Shown here: positions 8,590 through 16,787 of the stretch, piece by piece
How the letters are laid out: each line of letters opens with the position of its first letter
Numbering within the stretch: position 1 is the stretch's first letter
Source of the DNA: an uncultured bacterium
GTDB lineage: Bacteria > Pseudomonadota > Alphaproteobacteria > UBA8366 > JADFVY01
DNA length: 64,000 nt
Direction: 5' to 3'
Assembly (NCBI GenBank): GCA_965603635.1
Contig: CBFDDT010000002.1
Span: forward strand, 6,154 to 70,153
Notes under the pieces: generated by a model
Database searches by the model: none
What the model was told of the DNA's origin: nothing
The model's input: only the letters and a program-made list of their open reading frames with translations
Program-made: the position numbers and the translations under genes

Positions 8590-8975
8590 CCCGAACCGTC
8601 GCCGACATCATGGCCACCCGGCTGGTCACCTTCACGCCCGACATGAACATTCACGAGGCCATTCGCATCCTGCTCGACAGACGGTTTTCCGGCGCGCCGG
8701 TGGTGAACGCGGACGGCGCCCTGGTCGGCGTGCTGTCCAAGAAGGACTGCCTGAAGATCGTGTTTTCATCGCAATATCATGACGACTGGGGCGGACCCGT
8801 GCGCGATTTCATGACTGCGCCCGTGGAAACCCTGGACGCGGGCATGGACCTGGTGAGCGCGGCCCAGCTCTTTCTCGGCAGCCATTTCCGCCGCTTTCCC
8901 GTGCTCCGCGACGGCAAGCTCGTTGGGCAGGTCAGCCGTTACGACATCCTCAAGGTTCTGACCGGGAAGCCCTGA
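8586..8975 (+). CDS. CBS-domain pair protein
   Basis: The true start ATG at 8586 forms an ATGA overlap with the nqrM stop. The 129-aa product has two CBS motifs (IMATRLVTFTPDMNIHEAIRILLDRRFSGAPVV; FMTAPVETLDAGMDLVSAAQLFLGSHFRRFPVL). Confidence 0.8.
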   Translation: MTRTVADIMATRLVTFTPDMNIHEAIRILLDRRFSGAPVVNADGALVGVLSKKDCLKIVFSSQYHDDWGGPVRDFMTAPVETLDAGMDLVSAAQLFLGSHFRRFPVLRDGKLVGQVSRYDILKVLTGKP

Positions 8976-9006
8976 ACCGCGGAGATTCCGATCGGATAGG
9001 TCTTTA

Positions 9007-9900
9007 TCAGCGAGCCTTGGTATGACTGCTTCCAGCCGCCTGCTGCTTCAGCCATTTCACAAAGGTCCTGACCGATCCCCTCAACGCCCCGGGGGGCGTC
9101 TGGATGTAGTATATTCCGAAAGCCTCGTCGGGAAATAATTCGATGAGCTGCCCGGACTGGATCTCCTTCTCGACCCAGGGGCGGGCGGTGTAGGTAATCC
9201 CGTCGCCCCGCCTCACCGCTTCCATGATCAGGTTCCCCGGCATATGGGAAATCATCGATGGCCGGTCGTGCGCAACACCGTGCCTGGCCAGCCAGTCCGC
9301 GACCTCACTGGTGCCCAGCTCCTGCAGCCATGGCAGCTCCACGAGCATCGCCGGTTCAGTTATCTTGCGCGTGCCGATCAGCGCAGGCGTTCCGACTATC
9401 ACCATATCGGCAACCAGGACCGCGTCTACCTCGGTCTTGGGCCCGCGGCTGTCGCGATAGCGGATTGCCAGGTCCACGCCACCGGGTTTCAGTTCGATGA
9501 TCTGCGAGGTGGGATTGAGCATCAGCGTGATATCCGGGTGCCGGGTCTGGAAATCCACCATCCTGGGCATCAGCCACATTACGGCGAAGGCCGGCGACAT
9601 CGTGACCTGCACCGGTCGCACCGCGTCCAGCCCCGTCAGGGCCTCGACACCCCGACGAATGGCGGTGAAGCCGGCCTGCAGGTCGCGCGCCAGCGCCTCG
9701 CCCTCTTCGGTCAGCGCGACACCGCGCCCGTTTCGGGCAACCAGAGCTACGCCGAGCCGGGCTTCCAACGCCTTGACCTGCTGGCTCACCGCCGCATGGC
9801 TAACGTTCAGGACTGAGCCGGCCCTGGAATAGCTCTCCGTTTCCGCGAGGGCGGCGAATGCCTTCAGGCTGTTGAGCGGGGGCAGGCTGGTCCAGTCCAT
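9007..9900 (-). CDS. LysR-family transcriptional regulator (GcvA-like)
   Basis: 297 aa with an N-terminal HTH (LNSLKAFAALAETESYSRAGSVLNVSHAAVSQQVKALE) and a LysR substrate-binding domain. Confidence 0.9.
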   Translation of the reverse strand: MDWTSLPPLNSLKAFAALAETESYSRAGSVLNVSHAAVSQQVKALEARLGVALVARNGRGVALTEEGEALARDLQAGFTAIRRGVEALTGLDAVRPVQVTMSPAFAVMWLMPRMVDFQTRHPDITLMLNPTSQIIELKPGGVDLAIRYRDSRGPKTEVDAVLVADMVIVGTPALIGTRKITEPAMLVELPWLQELGTSEVADWLARHGVAHDRPSMISHMPGNLIMEAVRRGDGITYTARPWVEKEIQSGQLIELFPDEAFGIYYIQTPPGALRGSVRTFVKWLKQQAAGSSHTKAR

Positions 9901-10087
9901 ACGTTAGAATTTCTTACAACAAGGAATTTTATTTGAGTCGCGCGAAAACAGAATATTCTTCAATATGCGGCAAATACAAGACAAAAAGCCGATCGCCACG
10001 ATGTTCGACGACTGTAACTTTTTCCTTGAATAGTCCCGCACAGAGGCAGCGGCGGCCGGTCAGGCATGGTTTCCGGAGGCAAAAGAG

Positions 10088-10495
10088 ATGGCGGATACGG
10101 GCGAAACACATGAAGGTGGCTGCTTCTGCGGGGCGGTACGCTATTTGCTGCGCGGCGCGCCGACCTACTCGGCGCATTGTCATTGCCGGTCCTGCCAGCG
10201 CGCCGTTGGCGCCGGCTTCGCGACCTGGAGCGGGGCCGAACCGCAGAATTTTGAGGTGACGAAGGGGGAACTGGCGATCTACGTATCCTCGCCCGGCGTG
10301 CGGCGCGGTTTCTGCCGGACCTGCGGCACCTCCCTCACCTATGAAGGCGACGACTGGACCGATATCGCGGTCTTGTCGGCGACGCTGGACGACCCCGCCG
10401 TCGCGAAACCGGCCACCAACGTCTATCTTGAACACAAGCAGCCCTGGGTTGTTCTGGACGAGAAACTGAGGAAGTACGACCGCTTCCCTGACTGA
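10088..10495 (+). CDS. GFA-family (glutathione-dependent formaldehyde-activating/CENP-V-like) zinc protein
   Basis: 135 aa with the Cys pattern GGCFCGAVRY...HCHCRSCQRA...FCRTCGTSL typical of the GFA fold. Confidence 0.8.
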   Translation: MADTGETHEGGCFCGAVRYLLRGAPTYSAHCHCRSCQRAVGAGFATWSGAEPQNFEVTKGELAIYVSSPGVRRGFCRTCGTSLTYEGDDWTDIAVLSATLDDPAVAKPATNVYLEHKQPWVVLDEKLRKYDRFPD

Positions 10496-10512
10496 ACCGG
10501 CCCGAAGCGCCA

Positions 10513-10719
10513 ATGGAGGAAGACATGGCCAACGCATATTCATACGCCTGCAAGGACTATCCCGGCATGGAGGCCTGCCCCGGCCGCGTCGTCGCGGAAA
10601 CGGAAGACGAGGTTCTGAAATTGGTCGAACTCCACGCCTCGGTCGCCCATGGCGAGGACCCCGCCGCCTGGAGCGACGATGACAGGATCTATCTCAAGTC
10701 ACTCATCAAACCGGAATAA
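10513..10719 (+). CDS. DUF1059-family small protein
   Basis: YSYACKDYPGMEACPGRVVAETEDEVLKLVELHASVAHGED fits the DUF1059 pattern. The start may instead be the ATG at 10525. Confidence 0.6.
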   Translation: MEEDMANAYSYACKDYPGMEACPGRVVAETEDEVLKLVELHASVAHGEDPAAWSDDDRIYLKSLIKPE

Positions 10720-10760
10720 TCTGGAATGTAGCGGTGTGCGGATGGATGAGGTCGCGCGCT

Positions 10761-12326
10761 CTATTTGCTGACGATCCTGAACACGCCCTTTTCCTGGTCG
10801 TCCATCTGGGCGGTGAGGCCGGTTTCCCAGGCGAGATACTGGCGGCAGGCTTCCAGATTGCCGGCGTGGCGGTCGTGGACGAAGAACAGGTAGTCGATGC
10901 AGTCTTCGTCTGGCGGATCGGCGGGCGTGGTGGTCAGGCGCAAGCCGGCGGCGCGCCAGTCGGCCTCGTTCCCGGCCAGGAAAGAAACATCGCGATGGCC
11001 GGCCGTGGCGAGGTCGGTGGCGGCGAGGTCGGCGACGAGGCGGTCGGCGGCCGTCAGGACGATGGGTTTGCCCACCGGCAGGTCAATGCGGTCGAGGCGT
11101 GGTCGGGTCGCCCAGCGCGCGCCCGCGACATGGCCGGCGCGATAGGCCATGGTGGGGTTCAGGTCCAGCAGGATCGTGGAACCATCCTCCAGCCCGGCGG
11201 ACAGGGATTCCGGGGAGATGCCGGGCAAGGATGAAGATAGATCGCCTTCCCCGCCCCCCGCCATGCCGGATGCATCCTCGTCCAGCACCACCGCATCGTG
11301 CCCCATCTGGCGCAGCCAGTGGGCGCAGATCGCGGCGCGGAGGTTGGTGTCGTCCATCAGCACCAGGCGCGCATTGCGCACCGCAACCCATTGGTCGGTC
11401 GCCTGCACAAGCTGGCCGCCGGGCGCATGAACCGCCCGCGGGTAATGGCCGCGCTCGAACTCCTCGGCCGTACGTACGTCCAGCAGGTACAGGCTGCGAT
11501 CCGCGTCGCCGCGCCATTGCCGCAGGGTGGCGTCGTCGATCACCGGGATGCCATGTCTGGCGATGAATTCGGTGGCACGTTCACGCGAGGCGGCCAGCTC
11601 GGCCACCCCGAAGTTTTCCGGGTAAAGCCGCGCCGCGCCGCGTTCCAGCTCGTAGCCCGCCAACTGCCAGCCCTGGGTGCCGTTCTCCAGCGCAAGGACG
11701 GGATTGCGGAACCCCAGATCGATCAGCGACTGCGCCCCCATGATGCTGCGCGTACGGCCGGCGCAATTGATAACGATAGGTGTCGTCTCGTTCGGAACCA
11801 GCATCGGCAGTCGGTGGCCCAGTTCGGCGTTGGGGCAGGCGATGCCGCCGGGAATGTTCATCTTGCGGTATTCGGCGACCGTGCGCCCATCCAGCAGCAC
11901 GAATTCCTCGCCGCGGTCCCGCATCGCCTGAAGCTGATCCGCCGTGATGCTCGGTGTATGGCGAGCATGTTCGACCATCTCGCCGAAGGCCTTGCTGGGC
12001 ACGTTCACGCCCTTGAACAGGGTGTGGCTGGCCGCCACCCAGCCCAGCGTGCCGCCCTCGACCGCCGCTATATCCGTATAACCAAGCGCCGCCAGCCGCG
12101 CGGCCGCCTTGTCCGCCACCCCGTCGCCGTCGTCCAGCAGGATAATCGGGACCGCCTTGCAGGGCAGCAGACGCGCCGCCTCGATCTCCAGCCGGCTGTA
12201 GGGCAACGGCACGGTGAAGAAGGGATGTCCCTCGCCATACTGGCCATGCTCGCGCACATCCAGGAATGCGATCTCGCCGCCAGCGGTCAGGCGCGCTTTG
12301 ACCTTTTCAGCCTTCAACCAGCGCAT
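10761..12326 (-). CDS. Multi-domain rhodanese sulfurtransferase (four rhodanese-like modules plus a C-terminal domain)
   Basis: Start ATG at 12326 (MRWLKAEKV), preceded by a GGAGAA Shine-Dalgarno sequence. Repeated LDVR/LLDGR/LLDVR/LLDLN module starts. One catalytic loop, NCAGRTRS (CxxxxR[ST]). Confidence 0.8.
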   Translation of the reverse strand: MRWLKAEKVKARLTAGGEIAFLDVREHGQYGEGHPFFTVPLPYSRLEIEAARLLPCKAVPIILLDDGDGVADKAAARLAALGYTDIAAVEGGTLGWVAASHTLFKGVNVPSKAFGEMVEHARHTPSITADQLQAMRDRGEEFVLLDGRTVAEYRKMNIPGGIACPNAELGHRLPMLVPNETTPIVINCAGRTRSIMGAQSLIDLGFRNPVLALENGTQGWQLAGYELERGAARLYPENFGVAELAASRERATEFIARHGIPVIDDATLRQWRGDADRSLYLLDVRTAEEFERGHYPRAVHAPGGQLVQATDQWVAVRNARLVLMDDTNLRAAICAHWLRQMGHDAVVLDEDASGMAGGGEGDLSSSLPGISPESLSAGLEDGSTILLDLNPTMAYRAGHVAGARWATRPRLDRIDLPVGKPIVLTAADRLVADLAATDLATAGHRDVSFLAGNEADWRAAGLRLTTTPADPPDEDCIDYLFFVHDRHAGNLEACRQYLAWETGLTAQMDDQEKGVFRIVSK

Positions 12327-12360
12327 AATTCTCCAAACTCGCCAAATAGTTTCCAGAACT

Positions 12361-13074
12361 TCACGGCGGGCCGCCAAACCGACCCAGCAACGGTGTCTCG
12401 CCCTGACGCGCCATCAGGATTTCGCCCCCCATCATCCGATAATGGCGGAGAATGTTTTGCAGGGGCTCCTCGTAGACCTGCGACCGGTAACTGTAGATCA
12501 GCCGCTCTTTTTCCGCCGGTTCCGCGCCGCGAAGCAACCTGAACTCGCATACTTCGCCCGCCAACGGCCCCTTGAGTTCGCCGGGCCGAAACACATCGGC
12601 CCCATAGGGCTGATCAAGATAAAACAGCACGGGAATGCCGCTGTCGGCAAGATTCAGACCGATCCCGGCCAGAAGAATATGATCGGGATGCTGTCCCGCC
12701 CCGGCCGGAAACAGTGCGACATCATACGGGTGCGCGGCGATACGGCGTCGGACGATTTCCAGGACGGTTTCGGCGAACGGATCCCGGAACATCCGCCGCA
12801 GCCGCGCCAGCAAGCCTTTATGCCTCAATATGACGTCCGGCAAATCTTCCCAGTCCAGCTTGTCCACAAGCTGGCCCAGCGCCTTCTTTTCCTCGGATTT
12901 TCGATGCGCCGTCACCTCTTCGACGCTGCCGGCGTCCCATATCCAGAAGTTCGTCCGGGTGAACATATTGACGATATGGACCGGCCCGAGACTTCCCCGC
13001 AACAGGCTGCCGCCCAGTGAATAGCCCGCATCGTCGCAGTGCGGCGAAAACAGAATACGGCGCGCTTCGGTCAT
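12361..13074 (-). CDS. PIG-L/LmbE-family N-acetylglucosaminyl deacetylase-like protein
   Basis: ILFSPHCDDAGYSLGG resembles the (A/P)H(P/A)DD metal motif, and a downstream HPDH motif (GAGQHPDHILL) is present. Overlaps the GT2 gene by 4 nt. Confidence 0.7.
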   Translation of the reverse strand: MTEARRILFSPHCDDAGYSLGGSLLRGSLGPVHIVNMFTRTNFWIWDAGSVEEVTAHRKSEEKKALGQLVDKLDWEDLPDVILRHKGLLARLRRMFRDPFAETVLEIVRRRIAAHPYDVALFPAGAGQHPDHILLAGIGLNLADSGIPVLFYLDQPYGADVFRPGELKGPLAGEVCEFRLLRGAEPAEKERLIYSYRSQVYEEPLQNILRHYRMMGGEILMARQGETPLLGRFGGPP

Positions 13075-13970
13075 GGCCCGCGCGGGGGCTCGCCGCCCCC
13101 CCAGGGGGCCTGTTCGGCAACCTTGGTCAGCCAGAATCGCTCAAGAATTCGAGCTATTCTTCGGCTTGTTCTGAGATACCCGTGGCGGGGCGCATAATGT
13201 TCGGCGAAGCAGACAAAAGCGTCCCGGTCGAACCTGTCCATGGCGAAGGGAAGCGCTTCAATCTTTTGCCGCGCCAGGACAGCGCTGTTCCCATACTCCC
13301 GCGACCTTGCCCGGCGGGCGGTTCGATCACTTTGTGTCCTGACCAGGGACGTCACTTTCGGCACGAACAGAAAGTTGCCACGCGTCGAATAGCGGCACCA
13401 TAACTCCCAATCCTCGAAAGCGTTCAGGTCCGGGTCGAAACCGCCCAACTGCTCGTAGCAGGACCGGTGAAACATTGCCGACTGGATAGTGATGAAATTC
13501 GAAACCCAAAGGGAAAACTTGTCAAAGGGCGGCAGGAAACGCATACGCTTGGCGGTCTCCCGGTATTTGAGCGGCTCAAGCGAAACCCAATCCGTGCGGA
13601 CGGTTTCCCAACCGGCATACGCCACCGCCTCGCGCCCCTCCAGCGCCTGCACCATGGTTTCCACATGGCATGGATACAACAGGTCATCATCGTCGAGGAA
13701 ATTGATATAATCGCCGCGCGCTCGCGCAAGCCCTTCATTGCCGGCCAAGGCCCGCCCGCGCTTGCGCCCCAGCGGCACATAGGTCAAACGCCCATCATCC
13801 ACCAATTGATCGAGATATGGCGCGCATTCCGCGGGCCCGTCTTCGACCAGAACAACCTCGATATTTCCGTAACTCTGGGCAAGAACCGACTTCACCGCCT
13901 CCAGCGCGAGCGCCGGCCGGTTACAAGTTCTGACCACCACCGAAACAAGGGGGGTGCTGATATTTCCCAT
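13071..13970 (-). CDS. Family 2 glycosyltransferase
   Basis: VSVVVRTCNRPALALEAVKSVLAQSYGNIEVVLVEDG and the DxD-like FLDDDD are a typical GT-A N-terminal half. Confidence 0.85.
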   Translation of the reverse strand: MGNISTPLVSVVVRTCNRPALALEAVKSVLAQSYGNIEVVLVEDGPAECAPYLDQLVDDGRLTYVPLGRKRGRALAGNEGLARARGDYINFLDDDDLLYPCHVETMVQALEGREAVAYAGWETVRTDWVSLEPLKYRETAKRMRFLPPFDKFSLWVSNFITIQSAMFHRSCYEQLGGFDPDLNAFEDWELWCRYSTRGNFLFVPKVTSLVRTQSDRTARRARSREYGNSAVLARQKIEALPFAMDRFDRDAFVCFAEHYAPRHGYLRTSRRIARILERFWLTKVAEQAPWGGGEPPRGP

Positions 13971-14068
13971 CGAATAAACAATTCAAAACCTACAGTACGG
14001 CTACCATTTAGCACGGTATTAACTGGTTATTCAATCACAGGGATGCGGCAAGTTGTTCACCCCGCAAT

Positions 14069-14593
14069 TCAATCCATCGGTGTGAGGTCGCGTTTGTAGC
14101 GCTGGTGGTTTTCCACGTAATGGTCGGCGATCTGTTTCAGGTTCGCTTGCTGTTCCCCGGTCAATTGTTTTACCACCCGGCCCGGCGAGCCCAGCACCAT
14201 GGAGCCGTCCGGGATTTCCTTGTTTTCAGCGATCATCGTGTTGGCGCCGATCAGGCAGCCTTTGCCGATCTTCGTGCCGTTCAGGATGATGCTGCCGATG
14301 CCGATCAGCGTGCCCTCGCCGACCGTGCAGCCATGCAGCATCACCATATGGCCGATGCTGACATTCTTCTCCAGCGTCAGCGGAAAACCCGGGTCGGCAT
14401 GCAGCACGCTGCCGTCCTGTACGTTCACGTTTTCGCCGATGGTAATGGTTTCGGAATCGCCGCGCACCACGCAGTTCCACCAGATGCTGGCGTTCTTTTT
14501 CAGACGTACGTCGCCGATCACCACGGCGTTGGGCGCAATCCAGTAATCGTCGCCCTCGGTCTGTACGCTCACGTCACCCAAAGCGTATTTCAT
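14069..14593 (-). CDS. Gamma-carbonic-anhydrase-like hexapeptide-repeat protein (CaiE/PaaY/YrdA family)
   Basis: The true start ATG at 14593 ([11 protein letters not shown]) removes the false extension of the track ORF to 14737. Left-handed beta-helix repeats and the His triad context ([19 protein letters not shown]). Confidence 0.85.
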   Translation of the reverse strand: MKYALGDVSVQTEGDDYWIAPNAVVIGDVRLKKNASIWWNCVVRGDSETITIGENVNVQDGSVLHADPGFPLTLEKNVSIGHMVMLHGCTVGEGTLIGIGSIILNGTKIGKGCLIGANTMIAENKEIPDGSMVLGSPGRVVKQLTGEQQANLKQIADHYVENHQRYKRDLTPMD

Positions 14594-14594
14594 G

Positions 14595-15383
14595 TTAGCT
14601 GCCCGTGAATTCAGGTTTGCGTTTTTCCAGGAAGGCGCGGCGGCCTTCGAGGTAATCCTGGCTCTTGAAGCAGGCGTCCACCATGGCGTCGCAGCGCGCC
14701 ATGTCGCGCTCGCCCGCGTCCTTGCCGAGTTCGCCAACCGCCTTCTTCAGCGCCAGAATGGTCAGCGGCGCGTTGGTGGTGATGCGCTCGGCATAGTCCG
14801 CGACATAGGCGTCCAACGCGTCCACTGGCACCACCCGGTTGACCAGCCCCATCTCCTTCGCCTCGGCCGCATCGAACAGGCGGGCGGTGAAGAAAATTTC
14901 CTTGGTGAAGGAGGGGCCAACGATATCGGACAGGCGTTTGACATATTTCGCCTGATAGCCGAGGCCGAGTTTGGCGGCGGGTACCCCGAATTTCGAGCCT
15001 TCGTCGCAGATGCGCATATCGCAGCAGGCCGCCACCGCGACGCCGCCGCCAACGCAATAGCCGCTGATTTTGGCGATGGTCGGCTTGGGAAATTCCTGTA
15101 GCCTGGTATAAACCTCGCCGGTCACCCGGCCATATTCCGCGACCGCCTCTTCCGTCGCGCGCTCGCTTTCGAACTTGGAGATGTCGGCGCCGGACACGAA
15201 GGCCTTGCCACCCGCGCCCGACAGCACCACCAGGCGCACCGCCGGGTCATTTTCATAGTCGCCAAGCAGTTCCGCCACGCGCTGCCACATATCCAGCGAC
15301 ACGGCGTTGCGCTTATCCGGGTTGTTGAAGACGATATGGCCGATGCCGTTTTCGATATGGCCAAGAATCTTGTCGGAACTCAT
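14595..15383 (-). CDS. Enoyl-CoA hydratase/isomerase (crotonase) family protein
   Basis: 262 aa with [11 protein letters not shown] and [17 protein letters not shown] (oxyanion hole). Ends 1 nt before the hexapeptide gene's start. Confidence 0.9.
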   Translation of the reverse strand: MSSDKILGHIENGIGHIVFNNPDKRNAVSLDMWQRVAELLGDYENDPAVRLVVLSGAGGKAFVSGADISKFESERATEEAVAEYGRVTGEVYTRLQEFPKPTIAKISGYCVGGGVAVAACCDMRICDEGSKFGVPAAKLGLGYQAKYVKRLSDIVGPSFTKEIFFTARLFDAAEAKEMGLVNRVVPVDALDAYVADYAERITTNAPLTILALKKAVGELGKDAGERDMARCDAMVDACFKSQDYLEGRRAFLEKRKPEFTGS

Positions 15384-15442
15384 GGGTGGTTCATCCTTGG
15401 AATGGGTTTGTTCGAAACAGTTAAGGTGCGGCGGGCCGGCGG

Positions 15443-16633
15443 TCAGACAACCCCCGCCTCGCGGAAAGCGGCGATCTCGCCGGCATTGTAGCCCAGCTCG
15501 CTCAGCACTTCATCGCTATGTTCGCCGCAGGTCGGCGGCGGGGCGGAGATTTTACTGGGGGTGCGGCTCATCACGATGGGCTGGCCGACCAGTTCGGTCG
15601 GGCCGCGCTCGGTGGAATTCACCGGCTGGGCCATGCCGAGATGCTGAACTTGAGGGTCTGCGAAGACCTTGTCGATCGTGTTGATCTCGCCGCAGGGTAC
15701 GCCAGCCTCGTTGAACAGATCGATCCAGTGTTGGGCTGGCTTTCCACGCAGCGCTTCGTTGATCGTGTCGCCCAGCGCATCGCGGTTATCGGACCGGACG
15801 GGCGGGGTGGCGTAGTCGGGATGGTCGGCCAGTTCGGGTTTGCCCAGCGCCTCGCAGAAGCGCCGCCATATGACTTGGCCCGCCACCGCCAGATTGATGT
15901 AGCCGTCGGCGGCCTCGAACACGCCGGTGGGGATGCTGGTCGGGTGGTTGTTGCCGGCCTGGACCGGCGTCTCCCGGTCCATCAGCCAGCGGGCGGCCTG
16001 AAAATCCAGCATGAATACCTGCGCCTGCAGCAGCGAGGTCTGTATCCATTGCCCCTCGCCCGAGGCCTCGCGCTCCAGAAGTGCGATCATCACGCCCTGG
16101 GCGCAGAACATGCCGGCGCAGAGGTCGGCGATGGGGATGCCGACCCGCATCGGCCCGCGCCCCGGTTCGCCGGTGATCGACATCAGCCCGCCCATGCCCT
16201 GGGCGATCTGGTCGAAGCCGGGGCGGTCACGTAAGGGGCCGTCCTGACCAAACCCGGAGATGCTGGCATAAACCAGGCGCGGGTTGATCGCCTTCAGACT
16301 TTCGTAGTCTATGCCGAGGCGGGTCTTGACGTCCGGGCGGAAGTTTTCGACCAGCACATCGGCTGTCTCTACCAGCTTTTTCAGGATCGCTATGCCTTCG
16401 GGAGTCTTGAGATTGAGCGAAAGGCTGCGCTTGTTGCGGTGCAGGTTCTGGAAATCCGGCCCGCCGCGCGGCCCGCCCAGTTGACCCTTGTCCTGGGACG
16501 CGGGTAATTCGACCCTGATGACATCGGCGCCCCAGTCGGCGAGCTGGCGCACCGCCGTGGGCCCGGACCGCACCCGGGTCAGGTCCAGCACGGTAAATCG
16601 GCTCAGCGCCTTGCTTGCGGGTTGGATGGTCAT
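15443..16633 (-). CDS. Family III CoA-transferase (CaiB/BaiF type)
   Basis: Start ATG at 16633 (MTIQPASKALSRFTVLDLTRVRSGPTAVRQLADWGADVI). The rest is a typical CoA_transf_3 sequence. Confidence 0.9.
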   Translation of the reverse strand: MTIQPASKALSRFTVLDLTRVRSGPTAVRQLADWGADVIRVELPASQDKGQLGGPRGGPDFQNLHRNKRSLSLNLKTPEGIAILKKLVETADVLVENFRPDVKTRLGIDYESLKAINPRLVYASISGFGQDGPLRDRPGFDQIAQGMGGLMSITGEPGRGPMRVGIPIADLCAGMFCAQGVMIALLEREASGEGQWIQTSLLQAQVFMLDFQAARWLMDRETPVQAGNNHPTSIPTGVFEAADGYINLAVAGQVIWRRFCEALGKPELADHPDYATPPVRSDNRDALGDTINEALRGKPAQHWIDLFNEAGVPCGEINTIDKVFADPQVQHLGMAQPVNSTERGPTELVGQPIVMSRTPSKISAPPPTCGEHSDEVLSELGYNAGEIAAFREAGVV

Positions 16634-16702
16634 GCGGTCCCTCGGCTGTATGGATGACAAAGCGCCCTGACTATACAAGCAGAGTTGGCGAATTGACAAC
16701 TG

Positions 16703-16731
16703 TTGACAGTTTACATTTTAGCCTTGATAGT
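16703..16731 (+). promoter_or_regulatory. Candidate sigma70-type promoter for the gntR gene, next to an imperfect palindrome (possible operator)
   Basis: TTGACA (16703-16708), a 17-nt spacer, then GATAGT (16726-16731). A second TTGACA lies at 16693-16698. The palindrome CAAC-T-GTTG lies at 16697-16705, inside TGACAACTGTTGACA. Confidence 0.3.
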
Positions 16732-16787
16732 CGCTGCAGATCGTTGTTTGTATATCCAACACTCACTATCAGGAATGACTCGAACGG

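Noticed and set aside
9901-9960. TTAGAATTTCTTACAA near the LysR start, considered as an Irr/ICE box or a LysR T-N11-A site
   Set aside because: The half-site spacing does not fit the ICE consensus, and the dyad is poor. It may still be a LysR site, but I cannot support it from sequence alone.
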